The translations under genes and the position numbers were made by a program. From Entomortierella parvispora E1425 (Eukaryota; Fungi; Mortierellomycota), in assembly GCA_020891255.1 (NCBI GenBank), contig BQFW01000010.1, positions 558,001-622,000 on the forward strand: 64,000 bases of DNA, given 5' to 3'. Of the stretch, positions 1 to 11,383 are shown one piece after another (position 1 is the first letter of the stretch; every line of letters begins with the position of its first letter). Below the pieces are notes generated by a model, which saw nothing but the letters and a program-made list of their open reading frames with translations, did no database searches and was not told the origin of the DNA.

Positions 1-1764
1 GAATTGTGATGAACGACTCGATTGCAAAGGAGCTGATGGCTCCTCCTCTCCTGTATCGCCTGGTGAGCAAGGTCGGCAAGTTGATGTTGATCGAGTATGC
101 AATGGAGAGAGGGTCGAATTCTGGGTGTGGTCGAAGGTCCAAGATCAAAGGTCGACTGCCTGATGTTCTTCCTTGGCTGATCAAGCTAGCTAGTCTTGCA
201 GAGGAGATGGGCGCTGCTGGGAACGGTGTCAGCTCTGACCTCAGGGGCGACAAGATACGGACCCGGCTGCAATCCTTATCAGACATCAAAGACGTCTCTG
301 TGGGTGAAGTAGATGGTGAGGTGTTTGCAGAGGAGGCGGTTGAATTGGAAGTTGAGGAAGACAACGAGTTTGAGGTTGACAGTGTTGTCACGGACGTGGC
401 AGGAGAGAGGGTAGAGGAGTGCGTCAAGGAAGGCGAAATAATAGCCGCAGACGCTGGTGTTGAGGGTGACGCGAGGATGGTGCTAAGGGTGGGTGCATGT
501 CTGGGTATTGACACAAGCGCTGTCTGGATAGGCTTGGGCACTGGGGCGAGGCTGGATCCGTCCACTCTTAAAGAGGACCCTATTGACGGCTCGATATCCA
601 AGGGTCCGAGATCTAGCCTCGTCTCCAGTCTGCCAGCCAATGGCGGTTCTTGCGGGGTAAAAGCTGAGGTTGAAGGTAATGGGGTGGCGGGGATTTTGCC
701 GAGAGCTCGTGGACCAGCAAAAGATCGTGGAGCCAAGGGACCAGTCGAGTCCGAGGGGATTTTGGAGAAGGATCCTGATTTGAATGGTGCTGGGGGGGTG
801 ACCGTAAAGGCGTCAGCACTGGGCAAGGTAGCAGCCGTCATGGAGTTCCTTGGGTAATAGTAACTTTGCAGTGTGAACGGGCTGCTCGAGGATGGGGCCT
901 GAGTTCCAGATCCATTGCGAGCTGTAGATGAAGGTGAGGGAGAAGGAGAGGAGGCGGTCGAGGAGGCCATGGACGAGGTCGAGGAGGTTCTCTTGGATGA
1001 AAGAAAGCCTCTGAGGTAGCCCGTCTTTGGCGGAGAGGCGGAGGGAAGACGAGGATGCGAGCGAGGTGAAGGGCAGGAGGCGGCGGAGGAGAAGGATGTC
1101 CGCGTTTCAACAGGGAGTGTTGCAGTTGCAGTTGCAGATGTTGGCACTACTGGCGCTGCTAGCAGGGAAAAGAGAGCGACGACGGTTAGTTTAGTCTATA
1201 AGCTGTTAGTCGTTTTAGTTAGCAGGGACGAGACGCCTTGCCCGATGGGGCATGGCTGGGCGTGTAGGCGAATAGAGGAGGATGTGGATGCTATTCTTAG
1301 GAAAAACAACAGGACAACGCAAAACAGCCCTCTTCGTGTCTTTGTCATTGCCATGGTTGGAGAGCAAAAAGAAAACTACATGCGCCCAATGCAAACTGGG
1401 TCGAGTTGTTACCTTCAAGGTCGTGCTGCTGTTGTTGTCTCTCGTGGACACTGCAGACGGACGGTTGCTTGTCGTTGCTGTTGTCGTTGTTGTTGCCAAT
1501 GATGCTGTCGCTGATAATGGTTGTTATTACTGCCTTTTCATTAAAGGTGCCGTTGACGCTGTTGCCGTTACCGTTGCCGCTCTTGCTGATCCTCTTCTGG
1601 TCCCTTTTATCTTCTTCTGTGTAAGAGGACTGGAGGGTATCATGGCAGGTGCAGGCGCCGGGAAAACCGACCGCTGTCTCTGGAAGTCCGGGCGATGAGG
1701 GAGGTGTTTGTGAAGAAGACCAGCAGCACAGGGCGCTGTGCAGGGACGCCACAGACTCGAGCAT
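1..1764 (-). CDS. Rhodanese-domain (Cdc25/MKP-type) protein, probably the N-terminal part of a protein tyrosine/dual-specificity phosphatase; 3' end runs off the window
   Basis: ATG at 1764, exon 1764-1413, GT..AG intron (branch-like CTAAC) 1412-1159, exon 1158-1 in frame. After a long Ser/Pro-rich region the translation reads LASLISQGRTSGSRPLILDLRPHPEFDPLSIAYSININLPTLLTRRYRRG, matching the rhodanese signature (LILDxRP...SINxxLPTLL). The catalytic domain is not visible, so the phosphatase call is inference. Confidence 0.6.
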
Positions 1765-2170
1765 TGTTTGGTTCTCTGGGTTGGTTTGATTTTGGATGAA
1801 TGAAGAAAGCGGGCAAAAAGAGGCGAATCTGTTCAAGCTGAAGGTATATGTGGGTATGGTTGTGGTCGTGGTCGTGGTCGTGGTCGTGTCAAGGATTTAG
1901 CTGAGTTGGATGCAAAGAAAAGAGGAAGTGTTGGAAGAAGGACGGTGCTGGGACTGAATGAGGGAATAGAGGCTGGCTGTTTAGGGTGCAGGAGAAGGAA
2001 GTGGGCGTGGCAGAGGAATGAAGAAGTAAGAGTGAGGACGAGTGGTGGTCATTAGCATGAAGACGAGGACAAGGAGAGAATGAATGGATGATTGAATGAG
2101 TAGATGAAGGACGAACAAGCAAAATGAATATGAATGAAATGAAGGGACGAATGAAGGAAGGATGGATGGA

Positions 2171-2204
2171 TGAATGAATGAATGAATGAATGAATGAATG
2201 AATG
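2171..2204. repeat. (TGAA)n microsatellite
   Basis: About 8 perfect TGAA units read directly. Confidence 0.9.
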
Positions 2205-2670
2205 TGAGCAAGGGGCAAAAAAAGAGAGAAGAAAGAAACAGAAGCGAGAAAAGAGAACAAACAAGGATGATGTGGGATGGATGGCCGCACGCCGCGCGCA
2301 CCGTCCTCTTGCGTTCAAGTTCAATTGAACCCTTTGCACCCTTGCACCCGTCCGCACCTTGCAACCTTTTGTTTGCTTCCTTGCCATCCTTTGGCCCGCA
2401 ACGTCTGGCTCTCCCTTCCGCCAGTCCGTCCGTCCACCGCCCACTGCTCTCGTTTGTGTTGCCCACACCCATGCCCCATGCCGCCTTCATTTCATTCTTG
2501 CCGTCGCCTCCCCCCAAGTTCGCACACACAAAAAAAAGGTCTGGATGTTTTCATCGCCCTCATCCTCATTCACCCAATATTGGATGAGAGCCGCAATTGC
2601 CCAGTCATCGTCTACCGCTAGTGCCAAAAACTGAGCTCATCATTTCTCGAACGCGCCTTTCCCAGCGGGT

Positions 2671-2709
<39 letters not shown>

Positions 2710-2710
2710 C
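2671..2710. repeat. (CTGC)n microsatellite
   Basis: About 10 perfect CTGC units read directly. Confidence 0.9.
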
Positions 2711-3196
2711 ACAATACATTCTCTGCACACAGATTCCGCCACAGACTCCCAGAGACATGTGCACTGGGAGACTTGAGTAATTTGTTCGGTGGGCCAGGTC
2801 AGGCAAGCAAAAAAAGGAGGATGGAAGAGGAGAAGAAGGACAGAGGGATCGATCTTCGAGCTATTAATAAGTTTGCAGCATGCATGCTTGCAGCACAAAG
2901 TCGTTTGTTTTTTTTTTTTGAAAACAAAAAACAAAGGGTCAAATGTCCTTTACCCTCCACCACATCATTGTCACCCTCCAAGTTCCACGGTCTGGTCCTA
3001 TTTTGATCGGTTTGACACATCCCATGGTAGTAGTAATAATAATAAAAAAAGGGACTCATTGTCAGGGTGACGCGCGACTACCCTGGTGCTGAAAGGGGGG
3101 GGTTATCTAAAACGAGAATGGAAACGCGTTTTACAATCCGTTCAGCTTGCTATTCATCCCTCCTATCCTTTTCATAGATTCATCTTCAACAACGCT

Positions 3197-3499
3197 CTAC
3201 CGTTGAACTCCATCCTTTTTTTCATGCACTGCATACTGCACGCAGGTATGTTCCTGCACCGTGCATGGACGCCAGACAGACTTTGAGAAAAGGTGACCCC
3301 ATCCCCCCTGCCAGAACTCTCGGTACATGTTCTTTGTCTCAATGGTCAATAGAGGATTGAAGGGAGTCGAGGGAGTTTCAACTCTGTTCCCCTGAGAAAT
3401 GTGCCTTTTCAGCCACCTTGTTCGATTCTTTTCCCAGCTCAAATATTTCTTTGAGGGCGCGTAAACTATCGCAGGCGGCGGGGCGGCAGTGCTTGACAT
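3197..3499 (-). CDS. Candidate small protein (~100 aa), unknown function
   Basis: ATG at 3499 after a pyrimidine-rich leader; MSSTAAPPPAIVYAPSKKYLSWEKNRTRWLKRH...; fills an otherwise empty intergenic gap. No family recognised with confidence. Confidence 0.3.
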   Translation of the reverse strand: MSSTAAPPPAIVYAPSKKYLSWEKNRTRWLKRHISQGNRVETPSTPFNPLLTIETKNMYREFWQGGWGHLFSKSVWRPCTVQEHTCVQYAVHEKKDGVQR

Positions 3500-3897
3500 A
3501 TTGGCAAAAGGCAGATCTCCCAGAGGAAAAGAGAGAGAAATTGATATGAAATTTTTGTGCTCACAGAACGTAGCGATCTGCCCCAGTTCAGCGGACCAAG
3601 AATGCTCTTGTTTGTCTTGTGCCACGTTATACTCACTTGTTGTTGAATGAGATGCGTGTGAGCGAGCTCTCAACAGAGAGAGAGAGAGAAAAGAGAGTAC
3701 ATCTATGAAGTCTGGATATTATTGTGGCTGCTCCGAACTCTGGCAGGGTGATGACGATGTCACCAAAGACGTCGGTGAGCTCTAAAAGGTGCATTTTTTT
3801 CTTTCTTTATTCTGGGAGCTTTCGGCTTGAGAGAATTGTTATTGTTACACTAATTGATTGATATACACCTGTTGTTGCAAGGCCAAATACTGCTCGA

Positions 3898-5452
3898 CTA
3901 TTCTTCGTCAATCTCGACAAAGAATGATGGGTGGGCTTGGAGTGGCCGAGCGAATGTGACCCCGTTCTCCAGGGTATAGAATGTCCCATGAAGTACTGTC
4001 CCAGGGCGCAAAAAATCTGCAGCAAACGCCGTCATGACAACTGTTGATTCGTTGGAATCAGGCATAGAGTGGGCAGAGGAGGCACTCCCTGCGACAGTAG
4101 CTGTTCGGATTGAAAGTACAATACTGACCAAAGACACCTCGGGTTCATGGGTTCCGTCGATTCTGTTGTTAGAGAATGGTTCAATTCTCTCAACCGTGCC
4201 CGTCAAAAATCGAGTTGATCTCAGAGGTGCCTTTCGTGCCGGGTCGACACCCACATAGTCCATCATTGCGTTCGCTGTTGACGGAAGATCTGCCACGACG
4301 TAGTAGGAGGGCAGGTACGTCACCGAAAGTGCCAACGTAAAGTCATCTGGCATGACTTTGTTGAAGGTGTGGCAACGAGGCGATTCGACTTTTGCTTTCT
4401 CTGCAATCTTGACGGCCTGTCTCAGATCAGTTTCGTATTCTGGCAGGACATGATTCCTGAGAAGGTACTTCAGAAACCCACCCACGATCTTGGGAGCCAA
4501 TTCGAAATAGGAACGTTCGTACCAGCCCCTCTTCTCAGCCATTGACGAAAGAAATGATGAAACAACGTAGATAAAGTCCACTTGCATTTCCACCTCGTAG
4601 CCATCCTTGTTCACTGGTGAAAAGTCCCTGTTGATGTCCATATGACCATGACTGAAGAATGTCGAAAGAATCTTACTTGAGAGCGGGGTGAAGGTTCTGA
4701 CTTTTCTAAAGCCTTCCATAGCCTGTCGAAATCGTTCGTCGGCCGAAGTGGACCTATCGTTACCAAAAAGGTGACAAGTTTAGAGGAAATGATCCACACT
4801 TCTTTACCACAAAATGTTACCGTCACCAGGACGCAATGATGCGCTTACGTGTCATAGATGCTTTCCAAGACTTCCAAATCTTGGACAACATCCTCAAAGG
4901 CGTCATCTTCGACTGGCGGATACTTGTTAGGATTAGCCTTCTTTTTCTTCTTTTTCTTCTTTGCTCCTGGGCTTTCCTGTCTGAAGGATGTGCTTTCGCC
5001 GACAGGATCCAAAACATTTTCGAAAGCGCTGCTTCTGGCAGTATCATTGCCTCCGACCAGCATATCACCAAAGTCCAGAGAGTCCAAAAGTTTGTCCAAC
5101 ACAGACTTGTCGGGCCAATCATAAGCATCAGGCACGTCGAAATCATCATCGCCTTCGTAGTAGAGGTCTTCCTCGTAGAGCACAGTCTCACCCTCCTCGC
5201 TGTCATCGAGCACCTCTCCTGCATCCTCCACGTAGTCTTCGCTATCGTAATAGAATTCATCGTCATCGTTGTCATCGTTCTCTGAGGAACTCGCGTTTAG
5301 CTCGAGCGCACTGAGCGCCTTAAGGAACTCGTTCCTCAGCTCCCTTGAAACAATAGGAACACAGGACAGAAAAAGCGTCAGGGTCAGGGCCTTTAAACGC
5401 AGGTCATGGATTATAGCAGGCGGTTAATGTACTCCTCGTCAATCTCGTCCAT
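3898..5452 (-). CDS. ARB1: Argonaute siRNA chaperone (ARC) complex subunit Arb1
   Basis: Three exons can be joined in frame (MDEIDEE|ELRNEFL...IYDT|STSADERFRQAMEGFRK...). Poly-Lys tract then ERFRQAMEGFRKVR, VDFIYVVSSFLS, FLKYLLRNHVLPEY...AVKIAEKAKVE...MPDDF, matching the fungal Arb1 motif order. Confidence 0.8.
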
Positions 5453-5695
5453 GTTCTTGCTTGCAGGCTGTGCTTAGATGATGGAGTGCTGATGAGGGGA
5501 TGAAGATGCATGCAATGGAATGCAAAGGACACTGGCGCGTCGACTTGGCGTGGAGAACAAAAGGCAAAGCAAAGCAAATGATCACGTGCATCGAAAGATC
5601 GCCAGGCGAGTTTGCATGAAAACCGCTCTGAGACCGAGACTGGCCAGTCACTGGGCAGCTGGCCGTTGAGTCCGAGGACGCGCTTTTTCGGTTCC

Positions 5696-6985
5696 ATGAA
5701 CGATGCATTCCCTTCTTACCCGCTGCCTGATCTCGTTCCGTCCCACTCTGCTCCTTCCCTTCCTTCTCTTCAAAACTACACTGCCCTTCACCCTCCAATG
5801 ATCTCAACTATCGCCCCCCAGCTCCCAAGCACCCCTTCCTCTCCTCCTAAAACCGCTTCTCCCATCCTGAAGGAAGACTTGAAAAGCACCATCGAGTACG
5901 ATAAAAACTCGGACGATCCTTTACAGCCCGCACCAGAGCAGATCCAGAAGCTGCAGCAGCATCGTTCCAATTCGACCTCTTCTTCTACTTCTTCCTCTTC
6001 CTCCACCTTTTCGGTGTCTGCTTACCCGAAGCAACTCGATCTGATATCGACCCCTCCACCCTTGCATTGCAACACCTCGCCTCATCGGTACAATAGTGAC
6101 GCGACCAACGCTATCCTTGAAGACCACTCTTCACCTTTTACTCTTTCACACGCCACTGCGACCGAAGTCCAAAACATCGGTCGACTTCCCAATATTACAA
6201 CTGCTGCCTCAAAGCCCTCAAGCCGCAAGAATTCTTTGACGTCTCCCACATCCGCCAACAGCACTAAGGACATCAAGCAAAGACCAGTTATCACCGCGTC
6301 CTTGCCCTCTTCTTTGTTTCTTTCATCCTCGACCGCCTCTACCACACCCTATTACACCTTGGCAACCTCGAGACTTCCGCCCAACGCTAGCACGCAGGTC
6401 CATTACTATACTGAAAGCCCAGTCATGATTGAAATGAAGCAATTCGGCGCTACAGATGCGTCCTCGATCCCTTCGCCCTCTCCTACTTCCGGAGAAGCAC
6501 CTGCCACGACCGACACTGTGATCAATATGCCTGGGGCTGACTATCATGATCTGGTCGAGGAGTCCAAGCATCAGCATCCATTCTTCCGAGGCTGGCTCCA
6601 GATCCCTCCTTCTCTGGCCGGTCGCCCCCCCTTGACACCTGAGCAGGAGCAGCGATTGAGAACTCAGATGGAGAATGGTCCCGTTCAATTGATGCGAGCG
6701 AAGCCCCAGCGACGCCCCGAGGTCTATGGATCGGGACACGCTGCATCGGGAGACGGTCATTCGTTGCCCGCGGCCCCTCCCTCTGCCGCCACGGCCGGTG
6801 TCGGTGGGTATTTTTCAAAGCTGTGGGGTATGGGGGGAACGGGCACCGCAGCCGTCGTGGAATCACCTGCCACTATTTCCAATCTTGGAGATGAGGTCAT
6901 TCCAACTGCTCCTGCTCCCGTCTCCCCCACCGCCATCGCAGCAGGTGGTGATCGAGACTCTAGACGTGGTGCGATGGGTGTCTGA
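5696..6985 (+). CDS. Hypothetical Ser/Pro/Thr-rich, probably disordered protein
   Basis: Uninterrupted ORF from ATG 5696 (MNDAFPSYP...), divergent from ARB1; no domain recognised. Confidence 0.65.
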   Translation: MNDAFPSYPLPDLVPSHSAPSLPSLQNYTALHPPMISTIAPQLPSTPSSPPKTASPILKEDLKSTIEYDKNSDDPLQPAPEQIQKLQQHRSNSTSSSTSSSSSTFSVSAYPKQLDLISTPPPLHCNTSPHRYNSDATNAILEDHSSPFTLSHATATEVQNIGRLPNITTAASKPSSRKNSLTSPTSANSTKDIKQRPVITASLPSSLFLSSSTASTTPYYTLATSRLPPNASTQVHYYTESPVMIEMKQFGATDASSIPSPSPTSGEAPATTDTVINMPGADYHDLVEESKHQHPFFRGWLQIPPSLAGRPPLTPEQEQRLRTQMENGPVQLMRAKPQRRPEVYGSGHAASGDGHSLPAAPPSAATAGVGGYFSKLWGMGGTGTAAVVESPATISNLGDEVIPTAPAPVSPTAIAAGGDRDSRRGAMGV

Positions 6986-7139
6986 ATGTGGTACACTACA
7001 GTAGTGAAGATGGAGATAGTCAAAGTCGGTGCTCACAACCTGTACGGTTGACTTGCTACAATAATAACAGAGCTCTTTTGTTTTTTGACTTTTATCCATG
7101 ACAACCATCCTTGTTTTGCTTTTGTTTTTGTTTTTATTG

Positions 7140-8012
7140 CTACGATTTTATTCTTTTGGACAGTGCCGAAAGAAAGATATAAGTTTTTTCTTCGATTCGG
7201 CGCACCGTTGACGAAGTGGCGGTCAGGCCCACATCCCCTCCCCGTCTTTCACGCAGGACCTCCCAGAGATCGCGCTCACTATAAAGTGTCGTAACCACAG
7301 CATTACGGAGAACCTGTCGATCCTTGATCGTCTTGAAGGTTGTCTTGTTGGCACCATATCGACAGTACCTCTCAATCAGCTCGTTCTTGGACAGGTAGCC
7401 CCAGCCCACATAAGGAGGATAAGGGTCTCTACTACGCTTATCCCGAGGAGATTCGCACAATTGCCGACTACGGCACATCCCACACATCCGGATAGCATTC
7501 TTGGCATCCCCATCCACCTCCCATCGAAGAGGCATCTTCCAAGGCTCAGACGTTGGGAGACGGTCCAACTTTGCGCATACACCACACTCCTCGCACACCA
7601 AAAGACGGATGGCCGACAGAAATTGCATGTAATGTCGAGGATCTGGATGTGGGGGCAAGAACCCGAGGAGGAAGAGCCCCGACTGCCGCATGCATGCCTG
7701 ACCCCAGTATCTCCAGACTGAAAAAGACCTGACATGATGAAGAAGCGACCGACTGGTCCGAGCCAGCAAGAAGAGGTCCCGAGGACGGAGATGAACGCCG
7801 ATCAGATCCCAGATGTCCAGCGGTACACTATCCAGAAAATGACTTTTACTGACGGTCGCCGTCGACGACAACGAGAGTGAGGAGGCGAGGGAGGTGAGCT
7901 GATCGGAAAGTTGGTCTGGTGGGGACTCATCACGAGTCTCTCGCTCCTGGAGGACGACTTTGTCTGTGCCAGTAGCCTCAAGAGCACAAGGATCGGTGGC
8001 AAGAGATTTCAT
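7140..8012 (-). CDS. F-box protein with CxxC...CxxC zinc motif (tandem copy 1)
   Basis: F-box-like LDSVPLDIWDLIGVHLRPRDLFLLARTSRSL; LLVCEECG...RMCGMCR; paralogous to the two adjacent genes. Confidence 0.75.
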   Translation of the reverse strand: MKSLATDPCALEATGTDKVVLQERETRDESPPDQLSDQLTSLASSLSLSSTATVSKSHFLDSVPLDIWDLIGVHLRPRDLFLLARTSRSLLHHVRSFSVWRYWGQACMRQSGLFLLGFLPPHPDPRHYMQFLSAIRLLVCEECGVCAKLDRLPTSEPWKMPLRWEVDGDAKNAIRMCGMCRSRQLCESPRDKRSRDPYPPYVGWGYLSKNELIERYCRYGANKTTFKTIKDRQVLRNAVVTTLYSERDLWEVLRERRGGDVGLTATSSTVRRIEEKTYIFLSALSKRIKS

Positions 8013-8179
8013 TAGAAGAACTGTTTGGAAGGGCAAGGGGGTGTGGTCAAGAAGCAAAGGGGAAAATGTTTCCAAGTTCTTTGTGGTGTGGCAGTGACAC
8101 GGTGTGACCGTGCTTGAATTGACGTTTTATTGGCGTTGCTCTTTTTGGATCGTTCTTGTTGCGTGAGAAAGAGAGCATC

Positions 8180-8956
8180 CTATTTCATTAACAGTGAATA
8201 AAGTCGCGCCCATGTCTTCATTCGATTAAGTCGCGCCGTCTCATATGTGGCCATCATGCCCACATAGCCCACCTTCCTTTCACAAAGAAGCGTCCACAGC
8301 TCGCCTTCGTTGTATCGAACAGGCTTCCCATGGAGACCCTTAGTCCTTTGGGTGAGGGACTTGATGGTTTTGACTCCCACGTCGTCGTATTTCTCGATCA
8401 TCTCGGACTTTGTCAGAAAGCTCGAGGCGACTCTCCGAGGAATTGGCTCATTATGAAGGGCTGGGTCAAAGGAGGCGCGGCGACAATGCGCGCACATTCT
8501 CGCTCTGGCAGGAGAGGTTTTACGGGTGCACCAAGGGAGCGGGTTTTGCCATGGAGGTCCCGCCCCTGAGTCCCATAAGGATGACATTTGACCACAGCCC
8601 TCGCAGACCAAAAGGCTGATGGCACACATGTACCGCATATGAGTTCTCTCTCGGGGAATCTCTGCAAAAAGCTGAAGTTTTTGGCAAAAGTAGCCTTGCG
8701 ACTTGTTGAACCATTTCTCCCAGACCTTGAGGGATCCAACGTAGATGTAGAGCGATCGACTCACTCGGGACAATCGACAGAGCTGAGAAGGGTACAATTC
8801 TTCACAAATCTGCTCCCAGACTTCAAACGGAAGTCTCCTGTCTGGTGTGCTTGCCCATGCTCGTCTGTCAATCAATGAGGACGAAAAGGAGTTGAGGAGA
8901 GCATGCTGAAGAGACAGACAGTGGTCCAGAATGCCGATATTTGCGGGTTCAGCCAT
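8180..8956 (-). CDS. F-box protein with CxxC...CxxC zinc motif (tandem copy 2)
   Basis: RRLPFEVWEQICEELYPSQLCRLSRVSRSL; LLVCEGCG...RMCAHCRR; ATG at 8956. Confidence 0.75.
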   Translation of the reverse strand: MAEPANIGILDHCLSLQHALLNSFSSSLIDRRAWASTPDRRLPFEVWEQICEELYPSQLCRLSRVSRSLYIYVGSLKVWEKWFNKSQGYFCQKLQLFAEIPRERTHMRYMCAISLLVCEGCGQMSSLWDSGAGPPWQNPLPWCTRKTSPARARMCAHCRRASFDPALHNEPIPRRVASSFLTKSEMIEKYDDVGVKTIKSLTQRTKGLHGKPVRYNEGELWTLLCERKVGYVGMMATYETARLNRMKTWARLYSLLMK

Positions 8957-9071
8957 GATATTGGGGGTGTTGTTCAAGAACAAGAGTAAAGAAAGCCAAC
9001 GGATGACGGGCTTGTGACCTGATAAAACAAGTGTGATGATCAAAGCGTAGTTCTCTGTTCCCCCCTTTTTT

Positions 9072-9780
9072 TTATCGACTAAGGACTTGCTGCAGTATCA
9101 AGGACCGAAGTCGAATGAGTGTCTGCAGCTGAATGCGGTGAATGGTCTCAGCAGTGGCATTCGCCCTACATCACCTCCGCACCTATCGCGCATAATGGCC
9201 CAAACCGCACCTTCATGGTACCCGACGCAAGGATTCATCCGGCTGCCTCCACGTCGCACCTGCATCGACTTGACATGCTCCTTCCGAATGCCAAACTCTC
9301 GATACACTTCCAGAATCTCCTTCTTGAGTAGAAAGCTACGGTTGATCTCTGGAGGAAACGGTTCTCGATGCAACTGAGGACTGTACAAACGACGGCGACA
9401 GTGTCCACACATTTGAACCATTCTCGGACGTGAAGTCCAAGTCACCCAAGGAAAAGGCATTTCCCAAGGCATGTCCACGGGAAGACTCTCCAGCTTTGCG
9501 CAAAGCCCACATTCCTCGCACACCAAAAGGCTATTGCACACATATATCGCATATAAAGTCGTGGCTTTGGACTGCGGCCAATTGACTGCAGTTGTTGCTT
9601 GTTCCCATGCGTCTTGATGAACCACTTTTCCCAAACCCCGAGAGATCCAACACACACGTAGAGCCAGCGACTGACTCGAGACATACGACTCGGAAGGGTA
9701 GTTAGGAAGAGATGTAGTCGCAATATTTTTTGTCAAGAGGCAACTGATGACACTCCTGAACCGTGCCTCTTCATATGAGG
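9072..9780 (-). pseudogene. F-box/zinc-motif paralog (tandem copy 3), frameshifted
   Basis: Homology to copies 1 and 2 is split over different frames: MSRVSRWLYVCVGSLGVWEKWF...YMRYMCAI in one, LLVCEECG...MCGHCRR in another. A 1-nt deletion is visible near 9530 (ATA-GC-CTT vs ATC AGC CTT), with further shifts in the F-box and near the C-terminus. Confidence 0.75.
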
Positions 9781-9866
9781 CCCTTCCACAATAGCAGAGC
9801 AAACCAATAGGAGTGATCCAACTCACATGATGTGTATTGGATGCAGCAATGTAAAACTATTGACGT

Positions 9867-10822
9867 CTAGTTCGCAGGTGAAGAGCTTAGGGACGCTGAA
9901 GTATCTAGCATGCGCTTGAACATGGATCCCCAGGTATCTGCGGCTGTGGGTATAACAATCTGATAGGGAAATGGGTTTCCCTCACTAGTTGTGATGGGCG
10001 GTATGTGATCCTTGCGCTCATTCACCGTCCTGAGAATACTGAGAAATCGAGCCGAGAGGGCCTTTTCCATATTCTTGATCGACCGTTGCCTGTCTAAACC
10101 GTCCATGTTTGTATATCATGGTTAGTCACTGCTCTGGGGCACATTCCAATCGCCGATATTCAAACCATCTTTGTCCTGGTACCTTTCTCGTTGATATTCG
10201 TGACTACGTCAATGGTGATCGCCCATTGTTCCCAGCATACTTCAGATGAGGTTGAGCTGAACCATGCTCGTTTCGTCTTTTTCTCATAAAACATCACCCC
10301 AATCTATCGTAGAGATCTTGTTAGTCGGACAACACATTGGAGCCTTCATCATTTCCAGGATCGAGAGGCAGCACGCACCTGTCCTTTGCTCTGCGGGTTT
10401 GCGTCCACTACCTTGACAAATGTGGCTATCTTTTCTTCAACTAGGCGTTCAACCTCCGCATCGTCAATGATAGGCTAAAAGTACAACCAAAATGAAGGGA
10501 TTGTTAGAAATGGCAAAACATCCACCACTTTTTAAATTGAGGTCTTTAAAAAAAAAAAAAAAAAACGGGTTAGCCTCGTACTATTGTCAGATCCAAGACC
10601 TCCAGGTCCTTGGGTTTGACGTTGGCAAAGTAACGGTGAAAGAGGATGGTGTGTAGAATCGCTCGGAGTGCATCCTTGAGATATGCTCGCTCCACAGTCT
10701 AGAATGCAAAGTGTGTTTCAAGGTCAGCTTCATGGTTATCAAGCTGTGAAAAATCACCGTGGCGTGCCTGCGCCTCGTACCAGCTCGACAGGGAAAGTGA
10801 CAGGTGGTTGGTATTGACTCAT
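9867..10822 (-). CDS. ATG101: Autophagy-related protein Atg101 (HORMA domain)
   Basis: Multi-exon: MSQYQPPVTFPVEL|TVERAYLKDALRAILHTILFHRYFANVKPKDLEVLDLTI ... VNERKDHIPPITTSEGNPFPYQI, the characteristic Atg101 termini. Confidence 0.9.
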
Positions 10823-11383
10823 TCAATCCAAAATAGAAAATAGCGATGGTAAAGATGTTATAAATGGAAAGGGCTTGAATGCAGCCGCTATGGGATGGTA
10901 ATGGTCAGTGGAGCCTTGATGGAGAGAGTTGAAGAATGGTTCTCCCAGGACATGAGCGACGCAGGCGAAGCACGTTGCCTTTGATCACGTGCATTGTATT
11001 AACACATACGATGATTTGGAAGACGAGCACTTTACATGCATGCATTCATGCATGTGCAATGGTGTCTCTCTGTGAGCAGAGAACTTTCTTTTCCTCCTCT
11101 CTTCATCCCCTTCGTCGCTCGCTCGCTCTCCCGTGTTTGGTCTCTTGTTCTTTGCATCCATTTCTATCACATTTCGTCTAGCAGACTCTAGCGACAGTCT
11201 GCCACGCATCGGCTCCACCTTCTCTCCCACGCCAAGTTACATCCATCAATCCCTCCATCCGCCCGCCCGGCCAGGCAACGCCTTTGACACCTTCGAATTG
11301 CGCCACATTCCCAGGACATCACCGCAGCCGATCGTTATTCGGCGTGTCCGACTCATTGACTTTGACCGTCCATCACCTTCGCC

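Noticed and set aside
6-857. 283-aa + strand ORF
   Set aside because: Antisense shadow of the minus-strand rhodanese-domain exon, which has recognisable motifs and splice sites.
3063-3085. Short inverted repeat CAGGGT...ACCCTG around CGCGCG
   Set aside because: Only a 6-7 bp stem; expected by chance.
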